Positions 44,506-49,205 of a DNA stretch of 49,205 bases are shown here, piece after piece. Position numbers and translations under genes: made by a program. Origin of the DNA: Alphaproteobacteria bacterium UBA3864 (GTDB taxonomy: Bacteria > Pseudomonadota > Alphaproteobacteria > CAAGCB01 > CAG-977). The notes under the pieces are model-generated. The model worked only from the letters and a program-made list of their open reading frames with translations, made no database searches and had not been told where the DNA came from. The stretch is from contig DGGW01000085.1 of NCBI GenBank assembly GCA_002393065.1, forward strand, positions 1 to 49,205, in the 5' to 3' direction. Each line of letters opens with the position of its first letter. Position 1 is the stretch's first letter.

Positions 44506-44844
44506 ATGCGGAAAACGATCGCGTATTGCGGGCTGGATTGCGGAAAGTGCGACGCGTATCGGGCGACGGTCGAAAACGACGGGGCTTTGCGGGAAAAAAC
44601 GGCGAAGTTGTGGTCGGAACTGAACAAAGTTACGATTTTTCCCGAACAGATCGCCTGCCTCGGCTGCCGCGCGGACGGAGTCAAAACGGCGTACTGCGAA
44701 AAAATGTGCGCGATTCGCCGCTGCGCGATCGGCAAAGGCGTTGAAACCTGCGGCGCCTGCGCCGATGCGGAAACGTGCCGAACCCTTGAAGCGATTCTTT
44801 CGAACAATCCCGAAGCGCGGAAAAACCTGAAAACGAAAGAATGA
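44506..44844 (+). CDS. DUF3795-like Cys-rich protein
   Basis: ATG 44506 with a GGGAGGG RBS, 112 aa. YCGLDCGKCDAY...CLGCR...C..MCAIRRCA...CGAC is typical of DUF3795. The upstream part of track ORF 43912-44844 is discounted. Confidence 0.7.
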   Translation: MRKTIAYCGLDCGKCDAYRATVENDGALREKTAKLWSELNKVTIFPEQIACLGCRADGVKTAYCEKMCAIRRCAIGKGVETCGACADAETCRTLEAILSNNPEARKNLKTKE

Positions 44845-44930
44845 GTTTTACGGTTATGTCGTCTTGGCAAAGACGGGATGATACGTTAATATGCCTATAC
44901 ATAATCAAACAAAGACCAAAGGCTTTTACG

Positions 44931-45344
44931 ATGACAGAATTTAAAACGGACGCTTTGGATAAATCCCTGCAAACTTTGCGCGAAGCGTGGACGGCATATC
45001 AAAACAACAAAGATGAAACGCTGACGTCCATTATCGCCGATTCCTGTATTCAAAGATACGAATACACGTTGGAAACGGCGTGGAAACTGATGAAAAAGTA
45101 TTTAAAGCTGGTTTACGGAAAAACGGATGAAGAATTGACCGTCAACAACATTTTCCGGCTGATGAGCGGCTATAATATGATCGGCGACTGGGAAAATTGG
45201 AAAGAGTATTATATCAAGCGAAACGAAACGGCGCACGAATACAACATTGAAAAATCCCGTTCCGTTTTAACCGTCATTCCCCGTTTTATCGCCGATGCCG
45301 AAGTTTTGGTCGCTTCCTTTAACAACGCCGCAGGTCGTCAATGA
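44931..45344 (+). CDS. HEPN-domain protein, HI0074-family nucleotidyltransferase substrate-binding subunit
   Basis: 137 aa from ATG 44931; an alternative start at 44841 overlaps the previous stop. Has IQRYEYTLETAWKLMKKYL and the Rx4H motif RNETAH. Confidence 0.8.
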   Translation: MTEFKTDALDKSLQTLREAWTAYQNNKDETLTSIIADSCIQRYEYTLETAWKLMKKYLKLVYGKTDEELTVNNIFRLMSGYNMIGDWENWKEYYIKRNETAHEYNIEKSRSVLTVIPRFIADAEVLVASFNNAAGRQ

Positions 45345-45646
45345 ACGGCATCACTTCGGACGAACTGAATATTTTAAATGGTATTTTTGAACCGTATCAC
45401 CCGGATTTCCGTTTCGCCTGTTACGGTTCCCGCGTTAAAGGCGGATTTGAAAAAACGTCCGATCTGGATATCCTGATTTGCGGCAAAGAGCCTATGCCCT
45501 TTGAAACGTTGGAAGAAATCAAACAAAAATGCGACGACAGCCGCCTGCCGTACATCGTTAATTTCTGCGATGTTCATAAGATTGATGCCGACTTTTACAA
45601 ACTGATCGAAAAAGACCTTGTCTTTTTGAACGACACGGAAAATTAA
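45341..45646 (+). CDS. Minimal nucleotidyltransferase (MNT, HI0073-like)
   Basis: 101 aa. GSRVKGGFEKTSDLDILI is the GSx10DxD motif. The start overlaps the HEPN stop (ATGA). Confidence 0.85.
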   Translation: MNGITSDELNILNGIFEPYHPDFRFACYGSRVKGGFEKTSDLDILICGKEPMPFETLEEIKQKCDDSRLPYIVNFCDVHKIDADFYKLIEKDLVFLNDTEN

Positions 45647-45893
45647 AATTTTCTGTTTTTCCTTCAACGGATGGATTATACTTTTTTCCGGAACATCTGA
45701 TGAATGTTCCGGGGTGTGGAAACCCCTCTAATGCGTCTTGTGCGAAGACGATAATTTTGCACGCTTTCCGGTTTAACGACCGGAAGGCGACAAAATAAGC
45801 GTAAACAAATCACCGCGGATACTAGTTAATCGCGGCGGTTTTGGCGTATGCGAATATGTCGCACTATTTCATTAGAGTAGTTTCCAACTTCCG

Positions 45894-45919
45894 GTCGCCT
45901 TCATCAGGCGACTTTTTTT
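45894..45919 (+). terminator. Intrinsic terminator-like hairpin (gtcgcct-tcatc-aggcgac + T7) 11 nt upstream of the lipoprotein ATG
   Basis: A 7-bp stem plus seven T. Its 5' arm overlaps a 9-bp segment complementary to 45779-45787. Confidence 0.6.
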
Positions 45920-45930
45920 GTGAGGAAAAA

Positions 45931-46677
45931 ATGAAAAAGAAACTGCTCTTTCTTGCCGTTTTCGCATTGGCGGGGTGCCAAACAGCCAACAACTTTATGG
46001 ATTATTACGAAGCGGAAGAAGATTTTGTCACGTCTCAAAAAATCGGCGATGCGGACGTTAGAATCGTTGAAACATCGAATTATCAGGAAAAAATAAGATC
46101 CTATACCGATAAAGGATATATCGTTATCGAAACGGCATTGTTCAAAGGACAATGGGAACCTCGCGCCCATGCCGTTCAAACTGCGCAAAGATACGGCGCA
46201 ACCGTCGTTGTCATTCAATCCGTTCACGTCGGAACGAATACGAGCATTTACAGCACTCCCGTTTTACAACCCCAAGTCGGTGTTTATTCAGACGGAAGAA
46301 ATACGGCCGTTGTTCACGGCGTTTCCACCGGAACGGCCGTTCACTCAAGCACAGTGGAAATTTTTGAACAACGGGCAACATTTCTGGCATTAAAACAGGA
46401 GATGAAAAAAGCTGTTTTACTGGCCTTTGTTTTTCTGACCGGATGCGCTTCGGCGACATATTATTATCCGACGCCGGATGAGAAACCGGTTTACCCCGTA
46501 ATAGACGAGGATAAACGGCAGGAAATCACTTTTTCCGTTTTTTCTAAGTCGCTTTTTGAACCGGAAAAAGATTTAAGAAAAGAAATCAAGGAACGGCTGC
46601 TTAAGACGGGATTATTTAAGAAAGTTCGTTATAGTTTTGAAGGAGAAAAATCACCTTTGCATTTTCATTATGTATAG
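45931..46677 (+). CDS. Lipoprotein ORF that runs in-frame into a second lipoprotein signal (internal start candidate at 46402)
   Basis: MKKKLLFLAVFALAGC lipobox at the start. A second signal MKKAVLLAFVFLTGC begins at 46402, preceded by an AGGAG RBS, with no stop codon between the two. Confidence 0.6.
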   Translation: MKKKLLFLAVFALAGCQTANNFMDYYEAEEDFVTSQKIGDADVRIVETSNYQEKIRSYTDKGYIVIETALFKGQWEPRAHAVQTAQRYGATVVVIQSVHVGTNTSIYSTPVLQPQVGVYSDGRNTAVVHGVSTGTAVHSSTVEIFEQRATFLALKQEMKKAVLLAFVFLTGCASATYYYPTPDEKPVYPVIDEDKRQEITFSVFSKSLFEPEKDLRKEIKERLLKTGLFKKVRYSFEGEKSPLHFHYV

Positions 46678-46975
46678 AGATTATAGGGATGATGGTTTTG
46701 CTATTGTATTTGCTCCTTTTTTAGGTGTTATTCCTATGGGAATTTATCATACACGAGATTATTCTATGACGGCATACTGGAAAAACAAAGAGATTTATTC
46801 GGTTATTGCTCCCGCAACCCAAAGAGTCGTTATTTGGCTTCCTTTGTTCCCGCTGTTTCTATCAGGCCCTATTTCAAGGTATAATATGCATAATTACGCT
46901 TTCGATTATATCTTTTCCAAAATCGCGGAAGAAAAACTTTATGATCCGGAAACTTTTATGAAAAAGGAAAAGTAA
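46670..46975 (+). CDS. Small membrane protein, unknown function
   Basis: 101 aa from ATG 46670, which overlaps the upstream stop by 8 nt. Has two hydrophobic segments. The track ORF begins at 46637. Confidence 0.5.
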   Translation: MYRDYRDDGFAIVFAPFLGVIPMGIYHTRDYSMTAYWKNKEIYSVIAPATQRVVIWLPLFPLFLSGPISRYNMHNYAFDYIFSKIAEEKLYDPETFMKKEK

Positions 46976-47053
46976 GATTCTTCAAAAATATCCCTGACTG
47001 ATTGGCCAATCAGGGATGTTTTCAGCCAGTTTAACGCCTGTCTGTCGCGAAAA

Positions 47054-48082
47054 TTAAGCAAAAATTCTTCTGAATAACGGAAGATTTTCCCATTCCAGTG
47101 GGAAACCCATTTTTTCATACGAGATATAACAGCATTTTTCTGAATAATCATCTATGAGCTGTTTAACCTTTAAAGCCCATTGTGTTTTTCCGGAAACATT
47201 GTTTAAAAAGTACGCCAATATGTAAAATATCGGGAAAAGAAGGGCCGCTTTTTCACGGTTTTCCGAAAAGGTGTAATTGAATTCCGGATTAAATTTTTTG
47301 TTTTTTATATCTGCCGGAATAACGCCGTTAACGAAATTATACAGGCGATTATAATGGGCGCATTTGTTCCGTGTTAAACGCATTACGGCTAATGAATTTT
47401 CAAGATGTTCCGACGAAACGAAAAGAATTTCCGCTATTTTTCTTTTATGGAACGGATTATTCATTAAATTATACATTTTTTCCAAAGAACCAAACGATTC
47501 CAATTCCAAAACCATCCAAAAAGGTAAATCATCATCTCTGTATTTGGCTTTATAAGCGTTTTTAAACTGGCATCCGTGAATATTTTTCAGATCTTCATCC
47601 AGTTTTCTTTTCCATTCTTTATAAGTGCATTTCAGTTCTGTTTTTTGTTCACGTTTTCCTGTTTGTTTGTTTTTTGTTTTTTTAACGGCCATCCAATCAG
47701 AAAAATACTTTTCCTCTAGATACCAAAAGGCTCCTTCTTCAAATGTAAGCGTTGTATAGTTATTAAACGCCGCTTTAATCGCGACTTCGCACCGGCAAAG
47801 AGCTTCCATAAACAAGTTGCGCAGTTTTGCATCAAATACATAAATATTTCTGATATCATTAAAGGAAATCGGTACGGAAAATTTTTCAGGATCCGGATCG
47901 TTCTTTTTCAAGTACTTATTTTGAAAAGCAAACCAATAACCGGACAGTTTATAATATCCCACTCTGGTTAAATAAAATCTGGCTTGTTCCTCATTTTCAG
48001 AGGAAATATCCATACCTCTCGAACGCAGTAAATCAATTTGTTCTTCTATTGTTAAAGGAGGTTTTGAGTATTTATGTATCAT
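47054..48082 (-). CDS. Abi_2 family (AbiD/AbiF-like) abortive-infection protein
   Basis: 342 aa. The N-terminus KPPLTIEEQIDLLRSRGM...ARFYLTRVGYYKLSGYW and the later RNKCAHYNRLYN are Abi_2 hallmarks. Confidence 0.85.
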   Translation of the reverse strand: MIHKYSKPPLTIEEQIDLLRSRGMDISSENEEQARFYLTRVGYYKLSGYWFAFQNKYLKKNDPDPEKFSVPISFNDIRNIYVFDAKLRNLFMEALCRCEVAIKAAFNNYTTLTFEEGAFWYLEEKYFSDWMAVKKTKNKQTGKREQKTELKCTYKEWKRKLDEDLKNIHGCQFKNAYKAKYRDDDLPFWMVLELESFGSLEKMYNLMNNPFHKRKIAEILFVSSEHLENSLAVMRLTRNKCAHYNRLYNFVNGVIPADIKNKKFNPEFNYTFSENREKAALLFPIFYILAYFLNNVSGKTQWALKVKQLIDDYSEKCCYISYEKMGFPLEWENLPLFRRIFA

Positions 48083-48302
48083 TCAGAAAGCCTAAAAAAA
48101 TCGCCGTTCCTGATGCCCGTGCAGATTACTCCGACACTAAGGGGGAACGGCTTACTGAAACGTAATATAATATATTACACATTGTTATGTCAATAGGCTT
48201 TTAAGTCGTTAAAACTTCCCTTTCAATCTGTTCAGCGCGCGATAGAGATCGGGGCTGACGGCAGAGCAAGACCTTTCGTTTCCTTCATCCGGTTCATCGT
48301 CC

Positions 48303-49205
48303 TCATTTTTCGATCAGGAAAAGGTATTCTCTGTACTTTTCATCCCTGTTCGTCCATTCGTTCGTGCTGGTCATGTTCGACATGACGTTCCGTTTGTAAT
48401 CAATGTCGAACATTTTAATCAGCTTCCCGTTCGCGGCGATGATGTCCGACAGGTCGCGCTTCGTCGTTCTTCCGCCGGAACCGTATGACAGCAGGATATA
48501 GCGGGCGTTCGTTTCTTTGACGAGCCGTTCCATCGCTTTCATGGCGACAAAGCGGCCGTCGCCGTCCTTTCTGTAATCTTCGAAAACGGACGGATTGACC
48601 GTGTCCTTCGAATCCTCCCGTCTGTTGGCTTTTCCGAACAGGCGCGGTGTGTCGTTTAAAATGACGGACGTCCATATATGATAATAGGAATTGTACCGGA
48701 CGCGGCTGGGCGGCATTTTTTCGTTGTTCGACCCGTACGGCGGATCGAAATAAGCCAAATCGCAGAAGTTGTTTTTTATCGTGTTGAAAATATCGTCGCG
48801 AATGACTCGGTTGTCCGACGTCCGCTTGAACCGCTTCGGCAGTTTCAGCTTCATTTCGTTGAACGAGCGGGGCGACCATTCGGAAAGATATGAAACGTAA
48901 TGACCAAGCGTGCTGTCAACTTCGTCCATCGCGTAAATCAGGCTGGTCAGAACGACGCATTTGTCGACGAACGGTAGGTTGTATTTTTCGATTTCGTTCC
49001 GGATGGCGTCCAGTTTTCGCGTGTTGCGGATCTGGAACGGCTTTTTCGAATCATCGGGCCTGCCGCCGTAATTTTCCGTGAACCAGCCGTCGTATCCTTT
49101 CAACGCGTTCAGTTCGTCAAGGATTTCCTGATAATATCCGTCGCTTTGTTCGGATTTCAGATAACAGTTCGCAAAGACTTCCGACCATACGGCGACGTCG
49201 TTGGC
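48303..49205 (-). CDS. Adenine-specific DNA methyltransferase (DPPY motif), 5'-partial at the window edge
   Basis: The reading frame stays open from 48303 to the window end; the track start at 49103 is a TTG inside the frame. It has the FDPPYGS motif IV. The N-terminal AdoMet motif would lie outside the window. Confidence 0.75.
   Translation of the reverse strand, partial: ANDVAVWSEVFANCYLKSEQSDGYYQEILDELNALKGYDGWFTENYGGRPDDSKKPFQIRNTRKLDAIRNEIEKYNLPFVDKCVVLTSLIYAMDEVDSTLGHYVSYLSEWSPRSFNEMKLKLPKRFKRTSDNRVIRDDIFNTIKNNFCDLAYFDPPYGSNNEKMPPSRVRYNSYYHIWTSVILNDTPRLFGKANRREDSKDTVNPSVFEDYRKDGDGRFVAMKAMERLVKETNARYILLSYGSGGRTTKRDLSDIIAANGKLIKMFDIDYKRNVMSNMTSTNEWTNRDEKYREYLFLIEK

Noticed and set aside
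1-49205. CRISPR arrays, tRNA/rRNA/tmRNA genes, IS elements, integrases and att-like direct repeats flanking the accessory blocks
   Set aside because: I scanned intergenic regions by eye. I found no regularly spaced repeats, no tRNA T-loop/acceptor signatures, and no transposase or integrase-like ORFs. The only long direct repeat is the 312-bp intragenic pair at 14186 and 15886. This is a manual scan, so short or degenerate elements could have been missed.

Overview
This 49.2-kb window is probably from an alphaproteobacterium, inferred from a MucR/Ros regulator plus YcgN and the alpha-2-macroglobulin/PBP1C pair. It is a mosaic of four blocks. (1) 0.06-19.6 kb: a resolvase-like gene whose catalytic residues are substituted, then a tightly packed one-strand glycan operon of about 18 genes. 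The operon combines a CDP-sugar 3-deoxygenation and branching module (RfbF, an E1/RfbH-type dehydrase, a ThDP enzyme) with a pseudaminic-acid module (PseB, PseC, a PseH-PseI fusion). It also has three GT2/beta-helix fusion proteins, two of them tandem paralogs with near-identical 3' ends, and a GT2 gene broken by one in-frame TGA. I recognise no Wzx, Wzy, ABC exporter or priming transferase. (2) 19.7-24.7 kb: an accessory, decayed zone with an orphan phage tail-fibre plus chaperone pair, a DUF4143-type ATPase, and remnants of an SF1 helicase, an outer-membrane barrel protein and a wHTH protein. (3) 24.8-44.9 kb: mostly core genes (mucR, ycgN, M48 peptidase, anmK, pbpC, alpha-2-macroglobulin, mnmA, HIT, ferredoxin). 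Interspersed are uncharacterised candidates: an LRAT/NlpC-P60-like protein with an acidic partner, an HExxH protein, and a trypsin-fold pseudoprotease next to a LolA-like protein and an atypical OmpR-type regulator. (4) 44.9-49.2 kb: a low-GC defence islet with HEPN/MNT, a structured leader plus a small lipoprotein operon, an Abi_2 protein and a partial DPPY adenine methyltransferase. I found no rRNA, tRNA, CRISPR array, transposase or integrase. All family calls come from motif recognition by eye, not from database searches.
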